The notes: generated by a model not told the origin, from the sequence alone. Counted from the first letter of the stretch, positions 8,203 through 17,497 are shown. The stretch is 20,000 nucleotides of DNA from an uncultured virus (IMG/VR IMGVR_UViG_3300037537_001028) (IMGVR_UViG_3300037537_001028), one strand, 5' to 3'. Numbers and translations are program-made.

Positions 8203-9665
8203 TGCTATATATATTTGAAATGGCGAATAATCACCAAGGCAGCGTAAAGCATGCCAAAAAGATTATTGATGAATTCAAGGAGGTTAAAGATCTCTACCGC
8301 ATACAAGCGGCTATAAAGCTACAATTTAGACAGCTCGACTCCTTCATTCACCCAGACTTCGTTGATTCAGATTTAAAATTAGTTAAAAGATTTAAAAGCA
8401 CGGAGCTTAACAAAAAAGATTTCAAAGAAATAGTAGACCACATTCATGACAGCGGCTTCATATCTATGTCCACCCCCTTTGATAGCGAGTCGCTAGATTG
8501 GTTTGACGATTTAAACATATCTACTATAAAAGTTGCTAGCTGTTCAATAGACGACTGGCCTTTATTGAGAGATATTTGTAAAAAGAATAAGAAGATAATC
8601 ATTTCTACAGCGGGGGCAACAATACCAGAGCTACAAAAAGTTTATGATTTATTTAAATTCAACAAGAAAGACTTTGCTTTTATGCATTGTGTGGCGGAAT
8701 ACCCAACACCCATAGAGTGCTCCAACTTAAATAGGATTAATCAGTTAAGAAATAATTTTCCAGATATAGAGATAGGGCTATCTACGCATGAAAGCCCAAT
8801 GCTCCCTCACGAGACAATAGCTCCTATAGCAAGAGCAATGGGCTGCACTATGATCGAAAAACATGTTGGAATAGGAGATGATCTTAACGACTACTCTTGC
8901 ACGCCATCAGCTATTGGAATAATGATAGGGAAGGTCCAATCTGTTGAGTCAGCCCTACGCAACAGAAAGCGAAACGAGACAGAAGCCTCTTCGCTAAAAA
9001 CCCTTAAGAGGGGAGCATACTTGCGGGCCGACCTTGCAACAGGATCTAAGATAAGAGAGGAGGACGTTTTTTATGCTATGCCCTTGCAGGAGAATCAACT
9101 TGACGCCTCTCAGGTAGACAATATAGTAGGAAACACCTTAGCTAGAGATTTAAAATCTAATTCAGCAATAACAAAACAAGATCTTCAACAAAAAATTGAC
9201 GAGGAGCTAGTGTCTAAAATAATAATAGAGGCTAAAGATAGACTAAAAGAAGCCAATATAAATTTAGATTCTAATGAAGAGATAGAAATATCAGCGCACT
9301 ATGGTTTAGATAACTTTAATAAGTACGGGGTAGTAATAATAAATAAAATAAATAGAGAGTATTGTAAAAAATTACTCATAGTATCAGAAGGGCAGCACCA
9401 CCCATGCCACCACCATATCAAAAAAGAGGAAGCGTTTGAGCTCTTATCTGGCGACTGCTCCTTGGTTCTAAACGACAAAGAGATACAACTAAAGAAAGGT
9501 TCCCCGGTCTTAATTAACCGTGGAGTCAAACACTCTTTTTATAGCAGAGAAGGGTGCGTAATAGAAGAGATCTCCACAACGCACTACCCGAACGATTCAG
9601 TTTATGAAGACCCAGTCATTAACTCTTATGATCTCTCTGAAAGAAAAATACTATGTTCAAGCTAG
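8202..9665 (+). CDS. neuB: NeuB-family synthase with SAF domain and C-terminal D-lyxose-isomerase-like cupin
   Basis: IFEMANNHQGS, IKLQFR, STPFD, KVASCS, MHCVAEYPTP, GLSTHE and IEKHVG. The C-terminal cupin reads YCKKLL...QHHPCHHHIKKEEAF...HSF...EEIST. TAATG coupling at 8200-8204. Confidence 0.9.
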   Translation: MLYIFEMANNHQGSVKHAKKIIDEFKEVKDLYRIQAAIKLQFRQLDSFIHPDFVDSDLKLVKRFKSTELNKKDFKEIVDHIHDSGFISMSTPFDSESLDWFDDLNISTIKVASCSIDDWPLLRDICKKNKKIIISTAGATIPELQKVYDLFKFNKKDFAFMHCVAEYPTPIECSNLNRINQLRNNFPDIEIGLSTHESPMLPHETIAPIARAMGCTMIEKHVGIGDDLNDYSCTPSAIGIMIGKVQSVESALRNRKRNETEASSLKTLKRGAYLRADLATGSKIREEDVFYAMPLQENQLDASQVDNIVGNTLARDLKSNSAITKQDLQQKIDEELVSKIIIEAKDRLKEANINLDSNEEIEISAHYGLDNFNKYGVVIINKINREYCKKLLIVSEGQHHPCHHHIKKEEAFELLSGDCSLVLNDKEIQLKKGSPVLINRGVKHSFYSREGCVIEEISTTHYPNDSVYEDPVINSYDLSERKILCSS

Positions 9666-10735
9666 GGACAACATTAAAAAACTGCGTCTTATTCTACAAC
9701 GGAAAAGGGCTATCTACACACGACGCCATTCCCGTAGACGGCCTTACCCCAGACAAAGTCCAAGCCCACCTAGGGAACATCCCTCATGGAGTAGAGGTCA
9801 ATAATCTTTGGTACGACCCAGAAGACGACAAAGTCTTTAGTGAGCATCAGTATACATTACCAAGAAACGCAGGTAAAGAGCAAAACTTCTTCCTTCCCTC
9901 AGGAGACAATTATCAGATCCTCCTTCCTCAAAAAGATAATTCGCATGCTTACTTTGATAGCTCTTACTTATACGATAGATATATTTCTAAGATAAAAGAG
10001 GAGAAAGTTTTCTCCGAACAGCAAACTCTAACATATAGTAATGGCGACTGCATAATAAGCTTACCCGAAAAGTACTCTAAGTTTAAAGGAAAAAAAGTTA
10101 TGATAGTCTCCGGAGGGCCATCAAGCAAAGAAGTCAACTGGGACAAAATAAACTACGACTACCTATGGACAGTCAATGAGTTTTACAAAAACGAGGAGCT
10201 TTCAAGAAAGCAAATAGACTTGCTTTACCTATCTTCCATAGTAGATTTTGAAAACCAACAGCTAGCCGAGAGCATAAAGAACACAGAAGCGTTACTAACC
10301 TTCCCTTTAGTTACCAACTACATACAAGACAACGTTGACCTTAGCACGATACGAAGTCTAACTAATAGATTCAAAGAAAACAGTTCTTACAACTACACCA
10401 GATACTCTTCCACCTTGGGAGTAGGTTATAAGCTTATAGTATTAGCTATATTTTCTGGGGCTTCTGAGATTTATACGGTAGGGAATGACGGGTTCGTGTC
10501 GAAGAATATGGAGCATGCTTTTGACGGCAGAAAACAAAGCCCGGGCTGGTACTTACAATACGGGGACAGGTTCCAAGACAGACAGTTTGTTATATTTTGG
10601 GATTACATAAAAACTTTACAAGACTCTTTTAGTTTTAAGATCTATAACCTAGGAGAAGGAAAAGACTACAATATCTCATCAAGCATAACAAAGACCCATT
10701 TTCCCTTAACACAAGATATTAATGAAGCTTTATAA
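9653..10735 (+). CDS. Maf/GT42-like putative transferase 3 with unknown N-terminal extension
   Basis: VMIVSGGPSS, WTVNEFY, AIFSGASEIYTVGNDGF and YNLGEG; a clear paralog of 6785..7519. Confidence 0.7.
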   Translation: MFKLGTTLKNCVLFYNGKGLSTHDAIPVDGLTPDKVQAHLGNIPHGVEVNNLWYDPEDDKVFSEHQYTLPRNAGKEQNFFLPSGDNYQILLPQKDNSHAYFDSSYLYDRYISKIKEEKVFSEQQTLTYSNGDCIISLPEKYSKFKGKKVMIVSGGPSSKEVNWDKINYDYLWTVNEFYKNEELSRKQIDLLYLSSIVDFENQQLAESIKNTEALLTFPLVTNYIQDNVDLSTIRSLTNRFKENSSYNYTRYSSTLGVGYKLIVLAIFSGASEIYTVGNDGFVSKNMEHAFDGRKQSPGWYLQYGDRFQDRQFVIFWDYIKTLQDSFSFKIYNLGEGKDYNISSSITKTHFPLTQDINEAL

Positions 10736-11936
10736 TTTTAATTTCAAAAAGAAGCCGGGGCGCACCTCAGGCAAATACCATGGCGATGTTGAATTTATGC
10801 TCGACGGCGTACCCATTAAAGGGCATTGTATTAATTCCGACGATTCCTTCTATGTTAAGCTAGAAGACGGCGTAGGGCTAAAGATGATAAAGGATAATGA
10901 ATCTAGATACGGGACGCTACAAGAGGCTTTTGAGAATATCAGCTACTTCAAAAATAAAAAAATAAATATTTTTCCAGAAGTGGTAGAGCACAATATAGAC
11001 GGCAATCATCTCCTAATGAAGGTGAATCATTTAGAAGAAGAAGACTTACCCCATTGGGTACCAAGTTGGATTCCAGAGAATGATCACGCCTTCGTGAAAA
11101 AAGAGCTACAGGCACCACTCTCTTTGTTGAACAAATTAAACAACACCTTCATAGACGAGAAGATAGCCCCAGAAGATGAATGGTGCAAGGAGGGCAACAT
11201 TATAGGGGATAAAATAATAGACTTTCACCGCTTCAAGGTCGACAAAAGCAGGTACGAGATCCCAACAGAAGCAAGCAAAGAAGATTGTCAGAAAATTTAT
11301 AACAACGCAGTGAAGAGGTATCTATCTAAAGGAGGCAATAAATGGAAAGGTAAAATCTACCAAGGGCACACATTCAATAACGGCTTCTCTTTCAAAGGGT
11401 ACAGCAGCGACGGGAAAAACTTCGATAGCTACAGAAAGTTAAACTTCTATTATATGAATAAAGCTAAAGGCAAGAAAGTCCTCGACTTAGGTTGCAACGA
11501 AGGCTTCTTTTCCACTCAAGCTAGCCTAGCCGGAGCCAAGTCTGTTACCGGAATAGATTTATACGACCACGATATAGAGCTAGCCTCTGAGATCAGAGAC
11601 GAAATAACTGGTTTAAAAAATATAGAATATATAGAAACAGACGCAGTAGATTTTGTAAAGAATGATAAAAACAAATATCACCTTACGTTCCTCTCGTCTG
11701 TGCTGCACCAAATATACCCCCACACGAAAGGATCAGAAAACTTTATTGCCGACATAGCTAGAAGGACTGAGTATCTTTGCTTTGAGTCTACAGCAAATCA
11801 TAAACTAATGAACATATCGTTAAAAGAAATGAAAGAGTTTTTTAGTAGGTTTTTTCACGGAGTCAGGTTTCTCTTTGCTTACGACGCCTACTCTACTGGG
11901 TATAGGGTCATATTCATGTGCTGGGATCCAAGATAA
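10722..11936 (+). CDS. Class I SAM-dependent methyltransferase with N-terminal (possibly kinase-like) domain
   Basis: VLDLGCNEGFFS, VTGID and LSSVLHQI in the C-terminal half. The N-terminal half has GLKMIK, EGNII and IIDF. Confidence 0.8.
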   Translation: MKLYNFNFKKKPGRTSGKYHGDVEFMLDGVPIKGHCINSDDSFYVKLEDGVGLKMIKDNESRYGTLQEAFENISYFKNKKINIFPEVVEHNIDGNHLLMKVNHLEEEDLPHWVPSWIPENDHAFVKKELQAPLSLLNKLNNTFIDEKIAPEDEWCKEGNIIGDKIIDFHRFKVDKSRYEIPTEASKEDCQKIYNNAVKRYLSKGGNKWKGKIYQGHTFNNGFSFKGYSSDGKNFDSYRKLNFYYMNKAKGKKVLDLGCNEGFFSTQASLAGAKSVTGIDLYDHDIELASEIRDEITGLKNIEYIETDAVDFVKNDKNKYHLTFLSSVLHQIYPHTKGSENFIADIARRTEYLCFESTANHKLMNISLKEMKEFFSRFFHGVRFLFAYDAYSTGYRVIFMCWDPR

Positions 11937-12739
11937 TGAACTACAAAGAATATTTTATTTCATGCAGAGAGAAGTGGAAAGAAGACCACAGGGGAACTAT
12001 GCCACCGAAGTTTGAAAATTTCTACAATGACCCCGTTAGGCCTGTTGCTACGAACACCTTTGGGGCAGATTATCTACTCGCTATAAACAGCGCATCTCAA
12101 AAAGTTTTTGATTATTTTTCTAATAGTGATGAGCAAGGAATAATGATCAATTATCCAGATATATGGAGCATAAGAGAGCAACTAGAGACCATGGCTAATT
12201 ACATTGCTCCCTATTTAGAAAACACTATGTACGGTTGCTATCTATATGTTGATAAGATTTATGTATACCGAACCACTAAATGCGAGAGAGACTCTTCATA
12301 TATATGGCACTACGACAACAACCCAAACGAGATAGTTAAAAATATTATATATTTAAGTAACGTAGACGAAGACAATTCCCCCTTTGAATATCTATCCAAA
12401 CCCAACGGACAAGGCTACATGTTCAATGCCCATAGAGTTGGCCCAGATCATTGGCATAACGCCCCTAATGGGTCTAGGGTAAACAATGAAGTAAAACAGT
12501 TATCCGAGGCAGGACATAAACCTGTAAAGATTACAGGGCCAAAAGGAACCACGTTTACCTTTAATAACAACACATGCCATCGAGCTAACCCTATTATAGA
12601 AGGCTACCGAGATGTAATTAATATAAGAGTCAAGCCCTCTCTGAATAGAATAGATTTTATAAACAAGAAGTATACAACAAGCTTTGAAAAAGCTGGAGTA
12701 GTTGACCCCAACCCAGAGAAAATACATGAGTCACTATAA
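11936..12739 (+). CDS. Fe(II)/2-oxoglutarate dioxygenase, PhyH-like (divergent paralog 3)
   Basis: WHYDNN, IIYLSNV, SPFEYL, GPKGT...FNNNTCHRA and YRDVI. TAATG coupling at 11934-11938. Confidence 0.8.
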   Translation: MNYKEYFISCREKWKEDHRGTMPPKFENFYNDPVRPVATNTFGADYLLAINSASQKVFDYFSNSDEQGIMINYPDIWSIREQLETMANYIAPYLENTMYGCYLYVDKIYVYRTTKCERDSSYIWHYDNNPNEIVKNIIYLSNVDEDNSPFEYLSKPNGQGYMFNAHRVGPDHWHNAPNGSRVNNEVKQLSEAGHKPVKITGPKGTTFTFNNNTCHRANPIIEGYRDVINIRVKPSLNRIDFINKKYTTSFEKAGVVDPNPEKIHESL

Positions 12740-14264
12740 AGTACTATTGACCACCAGCGGGGTAGGCAGCAGGCTAGGAGAGTTAACAACCTTCTCTAAC
12801 AAAGCCCTAGTAAGAGTAGGAGACAAGCCCGCGATAAGCCACATACTGGACAACTACTCAGATGATATAGAGATAGTTGTTACGTTAGGACATTATGGTC
12901 AGCATATCCATGATTTTCTGAATCTTGTTTACCCAAATAAAAAATTCACCTTTGTAAAGATTTCTAAATTTGAAGGGGAAGGTAGCAGCCTAGGGCTTTC
13001 GATGCTTGAAGCCTCTAGCCACCTGCAATGCCCCTTTATCTTTAACGCTTGCGACACAATTGTCAGGGAGCACGTACCCGAACCAACTTACAACTGGGTG
13101 TTTGGCTATCACGATGTCGACAACGATCAATACAGAACCATAGAGAACCAAGGATCTAAATTTATAAAGTTCAGAGACAAAGGGGCTGCGCTACCAAACG
13201 CTAACGACTTATCTTACATTGGGCTTTGCGGAATAAATGATTTTAAAAGTTTTTGGGATAAACTTAAACCAGAAAGCGAGTCAGATTGCCACGCAATAAA
13301 CGAGATGTCTAAAGATGGATGCGACTTTAAAGTCTTGGAGAGCAAAACTTGGCTAGATATAGGAAACGCTAGCAGGTTAAGTTCAACTCGATCCTCATTT
13401 AAATCAGAGCTAGAGGTGCTGGACAAACCAGAAGAAAATATCTATCTCATAAACAACTCAATAGTTAAGTTTTTTCACGACGAGGATATATCTAATAAGA
13501 GAGTGTCTAGAGCCGATAAATTAAAAGGCCTAGCTCCGGACATTACAGGGCACATAAACAACTTTTATAAATACGAAAAAGTAGAAGGGCAGGCGTTTGC
13601 GAAAACAATAAATGAAAATAAGATTAGAGCTTTTCTTGAATGGTGCTCCGCAGATCTTTGGAGTCCAATGAAACCAAGCGAAGCTTTCTCAAGGTCTTGC
13701 TCTGACTTTTATTTCGACAAAACAATAGAAAGAGTAGCTAAGTTAGAAAAAGCCACCGGCATAGAAGACAAAGAAGAACTCATTAACAACATGCATTGTC
13801 GGCCCGTTAAAGAAATATTAGTTAATTTAGACAAATACAAACTAACAGAGGGCATACCCTGTAAGTTCCACGGAGACTGCGTGCCCGACAACATTATAGA
13901 GCAAGATGGCAAGTTTACCCTCATAGACTGGAGGCAAGAGTTTGGAGGCGCAGATGTCGGAGATGTTTATTATGACCTTGCCAAACTCAACCATGGGCTA
14001 ACGTTTGATATAGCCTCTTCTAATTATTACAAAGTCGACTTCAGTAAAGAGGGTGTGGAAGTAGACATTTTCCGAAGCGACAAATTAGCTCGTTGCAGAG
14101 AAGTTTTATATGATTTTTTAAGAGAATATAGTTACGACATAAAGAAGGTTGAAATTCTTACTTCCTTGATTTGGGTCAACATGGCCCCATTACACGAAGG
14201 AGATCTAAAGACTTTTTTGTTCTACTTTGGTAAGTTTTATCTAAATAAGTATTATGCTTCCTAA
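12726..14264 (+). CDS. Nucleotidyltransferase fused to an APH/choline-kinase-like phosphotransferase
   Basis: N-terminal SGVGSRLG...NKAL, ACDT and WLDIGN. C-terminal HGDCVPDNII, LIDWR and YYDLAKL. Confidence 0.85.
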   Translation: MSHYKVLLTTSGVGSRLGELTTFSNKALVRVGDKPAISHILDNYSDDIEIVVTLGHYGQHIHDFLNLVYPNKKFTFVKISKFEGEGSSLGLSMLEASSHLQCPFIFNACDTIVREHVPEPTYNWVFGYHDVDNDQYRTIENQGSKFIKFRDKGAALPNANDLSYIGLCGINDFKSFWDKLKPESESDCHAINEMSKDGCDFKVLESKTWLDIGNASRLSSTRSSFKSELEVLDKPEENIYLINNSIVKFFHDEDISNKRVSRADKLKGLAPDITGHINNFYKYEKVEGQAFAKTINENKIRAFLEWCSADLWSPMKPSEAFSRSCSDFYFDKTIERVAKLEKATGIEDKEELINNMHCRPVKEILVNLDKYKLTEGIPCKFHGDCVPDNIIEQDGKFTLIDWRQEFGGADVGDVYYDLAKLNHGLTFDIASSNYYKVDFSKEGVEVDIFRSDKLARCREVLYDFLREYSYDIKKVEILTSLIWVNMAPLHEGDLKTFLFYFGKFYLNKYYAS

Positions 14265-15273
14265 ATTATTCATAGGCCCGATGAGCAAGAACATAGTCGA
14301 TATGGCTATTGAGCTAGCAACCCAAGGGTGGAACCTAGGATTCATACCCTCTAGAAGACAAATAGACAACAGCAGAGGATATGTTAACAATTGGAACACT
14401 AAAGAATTTGCCGATTACGTAAGGGAGCGTACAGATAAAATCCTAATCCAAAGAGATCACGGAGGGCCAGCACAAGGACAAGCAAATGACGATGGGTTAG
14501 AATCTTTACAAGATGACGCTAGGAATAATTTAGATTTAATTCACGTTGACCCTTGGAAGAAATTTGAAGATATAGATTCGGCGGTTCTAGTTACAACGCT
14601 TAGCATTAACGCCTGCTGTGAATCAAGCGATAATAATTGCAAATTCGAAGTAGGAACCGAGCAAGCGATAAGAGAGTACTCCCCTTCCGAGTTAGGAGTT
14701 TTTTTAAATAAATTAAAAAGAGACCTAGGAGAAAGGTTTAATAGAATTAAGTTTGCCGTTATACAGTCTGGCGTAGGTCTCTCAGGAACAACAAACACAG
14801 GGGTATTTAATGAGAAAAGATGTGAAGAAATGGTTTCTGTCTGCAAAGACTTTGACTTACTAAGCAAAGAACATAATGGTGACTATCTAGAGGGCGACTC
14901 AATAAGAAGAAGATTCGAACTAGGGCTAGACGCCATAAATATAGCACCAGAGCTAGGAGTAGAAGAAACCAGATGCACTTTACACAAAATAGAGGAAGAA
15001 GAAAGAGAAGATTTGTTTGAAAGACTATTTAAAGCTTGCTATTTGTCTAGGTTTTGGTTAAAATGGTTACCAGATGGCTTTTCTCCGCGGGACTTGTACG
15101 AAAAGAGACTCTTAGTTGAGGTTTGCGGCCATTATATTTTTAATACTGATAAATTTAGAGATATAACTAAAGAGCTAAGCGGGCTGCAGGAATTAATTAG
15201 GCTTAGACTGTCGAACAAAATAAAAGAATTACATGAAAGTTGCTCTGTGTCTAATAGGGATGGTGGGAGGTAA
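14254..15273 (+). CDS. GatZ/KbaZ-like (tagatose-6-phosphate 4-epimerase superfamily) TIM-barrel protein
   Basis: SRRQID...GY, RDHGGP, IHVD, FEVGTE, KEHNGDY and INIAPELG parallel the GatZ motifs NQV..GGY, DHLGP, IHLD, IGTE, EAHSTDY and LKVGPAL. Confidence 0.7.
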   Translation: MLPKLFIGPMSKNIVDMAIELATQGWNLGFIPSRRQIDNSRGYVNNWNTKEFADYVRERTDKILIQRDHGGPAQGQANDDGLESLQDDARNNLDLIHVDPWKKFEDIDSAVLVTTLSINACCESSDNNCKFEVGTEQAIREYSPSELGVFLNKLKRDLGERFNRIKFAVIQSGVGLSGTTNTGVFNEKRCEEMVSVCKDFDLLSKEHNGDYLEGDSIRRRFELGLDAINIAPELGVEETRCTLHKIEEEEREDLFERLFKACYLSRFWLKWLPDGFSPRDLYEKRLLVEVCGHYIFNTDKFRDITKELSGLQELIRLRLSNKIKELHESCSVSNRDGGR

Positions 15274-16093
15274 GGACGGTAAATACGGCCTTAACCAATC
15301 CTTAGAAGTCCTTAAGTCCGGCTTCAAGCAGTATAAAAAACATATTCTGGACAAAAACGATGTGGATATTTTCTGCCACACTTCATCTGTCCAATTTTCG
15401 GAGGAGATTCTTTCTCTCTACAAGCCAAAAAGATATATATTCCTACCTGAGCCGACTTTCAACATACCGAGCTATGTGACAGGAGATCGAGCAAGAAAAC
15501 AGGGGCATTATCACATGTGGTTCAGCTACAAGACAGCTAGCCACCTTAGACAAGACTACGAGAAAGTCTCTGGGCAGAAATACGATCTTGTATACATAGG
15601 TAGGTACGATGTTGCTTGGCAGACTGACGTAATTTTTAAAGAACTTGACAAAAATAAATTTTATGCTGGTTATTGGAATAGAATTTCTAAAAATGGAAAA
15701 GATGTAGGTAATCATGAATGGCACCATCTAGAAAAAGATTTAGCAGTTAGAGGCCAGATAAATGAAGAGCAGAAAACTAAAGGCTACAGATCAAGGCTCG
15801 TAGGTTATCCTCACAACGACGAAGGAGTAATTGATCGCTGGTTTATAAGCAACCCCGAGTACATGGATAAGTTTTGCGGGCTATTCGACAATTTAAGCGA
15901 GTACACGAGACCGGGTCAATCATGGAACGGAGAGAAGAAAAACTCTGTTACAGACCGGGCAGGTAACATATCTAATCACAGGCTAGCTCCCGCTCACCTT
16001 GAAAAAGAAGGCCTGTTAGATAAGTTAGACTTTAAGTTTCATACTCACGACGACTTTCCCTTAGTTAGAAGACTAATTTTTAAAAATAAGTAA
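15233..16093 (+). CDS. Putative glycosyltransferase (MKIALCxxG family), paralog A
   Basis: MKVALCLIG, VDIFCHT, LYKPK, YDLVYIGRYDV and IDRWF form a pattern common in polysaccharide loci and large viruses. Confidence 0.55.
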   Translation: MKVALCLIGMVGGKDGKYGLNQSLEVLKSGFKQYKKHILDKNDVDIFCHTSSVQFSEEILSLYKPKRYIFLPEPTFNIPSYVTGDRARKQGHYHMWFSYKTASHLRQDYEKVSGQKYDLVYIGRYDVAWQTDVIFKELDKNKFYAGYWNRISKNGKDVGNHEWHHLEKDLAVRGQINEEQKTKGYRSRLVGYPHNDEGVIDRWFISNPEYMDKFCGLFDNLSEYTRPGQSWNGEKKNSVTDRAGNISNHRLAPAHLEKEGLLDKLDFKFHTHDDFPLVRRLIFKNK

Positions 16094-16103
16094 ATATTTT
16101 CAA

Positions 16104-16466
16104 ATGACACCAGTAAAAACAATCATATTAGACATTGACGGAACTCTGATAGAGCACAGAGGTACTTTATCTAAAGCAACGAGCGAGTACAAATCAGACG
16201 AGAAGCCCCTAAGATCTACTATTGAAAAAATAGACGAATGGGAAGGTAAGGGCTATAACATAGTGCTTATAACCGGAAGGAAAGAAAGCTCTAGGCTTTT
16301 TACGGAAACGCAGTTAGCGAATATGAATATCTTTTACGATCAACTTATTATGGGCGTGGGCGGAGGAGTTAGGCATTTAGTAAATGATAAGAAACCCGAC
16401 GGGACACTAACAGCATTTGCTCACAACCTTACAAGGAACGAAGGAATAGGAGGTCTTAATTTATGA
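16104..16466 (+). CDS. Small capless HAD phosphatase (BcbF/EcbF-like)
   Basis: ILDIDGTL, LITGR, YDQLIMG and VNDK in a 120-aa protein. Confidence 0.85.
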   Translation: MTPVKTIILDIDGTLIEHRGTLSKATSEYKSDEKPLRSTIEKIDEWEGKGYNIVLITGRKESSRLFTETQLANMNIFYDQLIMGVGGGVRHLVNDKKPDGTLTAFAHNLTRNEGIGGLNL

Positions 16467-17497
16467 GTAAGAAAGTATTAATTACAGGGGTCTTAGGGCA
16501 AGACGGAGCCAACATGGCAGAATACCTGCTTTCCAGCACGGATCATCAGGTATATGGAATGCAGCGCCGTTCAGGCACTCCTAATTACGACAACATTGAG
16601 AGTTTTAAAAACAACGATAGGTTTCACCTTGTTGATGGAGACTTAACAGATAGCGCGAGCATAGATAACCTAGTCAAGAAAATTAAACCGGATTTCCTTA
16701 TAAATTTCGGCGCTAATTCCTTTGTTGCTGTTAGTTGGGAGATGCCGCTTCAAGTATTTGAAACAAATACGTTAGGTGTCATTAGATGCTTGGAAGCAAT
16801 TAAAAAGTTCAAACCAGACTGTAGATTTTACAGTGCTGGCAGCTCCGAAGAGTTCGGTGACGTGGATTACTCTCCTCAAGATATTAAGCACCCGATTAAA
16901 CCTAGGAGTCCTTATGGGGCGTCAAAGGCGGCAGCGCGACACTTAGTTAAAGTATATAGAGAATCTTATGATATATTCGCTGTCCATTCAATTCTATTTA
17001 ACCATGAAGGGATAAGGAGAGGGGAAGAGTTTGTAACTCGTAAGATTACAAAGAAAGTGGCTGAAATTTACCACAAGTTAAAAGCAGGAGGAGAAGAGTT
17101 TGAGCCCCTACAGTTAGGCAACGTCGACGCCAAAAGAGATTGGAGCGACAGTAAAGATTTTATGAGGGCGGTATGGCTGATGCTTGGCCAAGACAAGCCA
17201 AAAGACTATGTTCTTGCAAGCGGGAGAACTCACTCAGTCAAGGAATTTGTTCAAGTGGCTTTCCAGAAGGCTGGAATCTCCGGCTTGTGGAGTGGCACAG
17301 GATTGGACGCTAAATATTTACATGGAGGGCCTCCCGTGCTAGCGGAGATCAACGAGAAATGGTACAGACCAGCAGAAGTACAGATTTTGCACGGTGATGC
17401 TTCAGAAATAAAGAAAGACCTAGGGTGGGAGCCAGAGATTTCATTTGATCAGATGGTCAAAGATATGGTTGACAACGACATTAAGAACTACACATGA
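16463..17497 (+). CDS. gmd: GDP-mannose 4,6-dehydratase
   Basis: LITGVLGQDG, GDLTD, SSEEFG, PRSPYGASK, ILFNHE, EFVTRKIT, LGNVDAKRDW and RPAEV. Confidence 0.95.
   Translation: MSKKVLITGVLGQDGANMAEYLLSSTDHQVYGMQRRSGTPNYDNIESFKNNDRFHLVDGDLTDSASIDNLVKKIKPDFLINFGANSFVAVSWEMPLQVFETNTLGVIRCLEAIKKFKPDCRFYSAGSSEEFGDVDYSPQDIKHPIKPRSPYGASKAAARHLVKVYRESYDIFAVHSILFNHEGIRRGEEFVTRKITKKVAEIYHKLKAGGEEFEPLQLGNVDAKRDWSDSKDFMRAVWLMLGQDKPKDYVLASGRTHSVKEFVQVAFQKAGISGLWSGTGLDAKYLHGGPPVLAEINEKWYRPAEVQILHGDASEIKKDLGWEPEISFDQMVKDMVDNDIKNYT

Noticed and set aside
6420..12725. Longer ORF-track starts at 6420, 8169, 11918 and 12702 (also 4030)
   Set aside because: Downstream ATGs coincide with family N-termini and/or stop-start coupling, so they were used instead.
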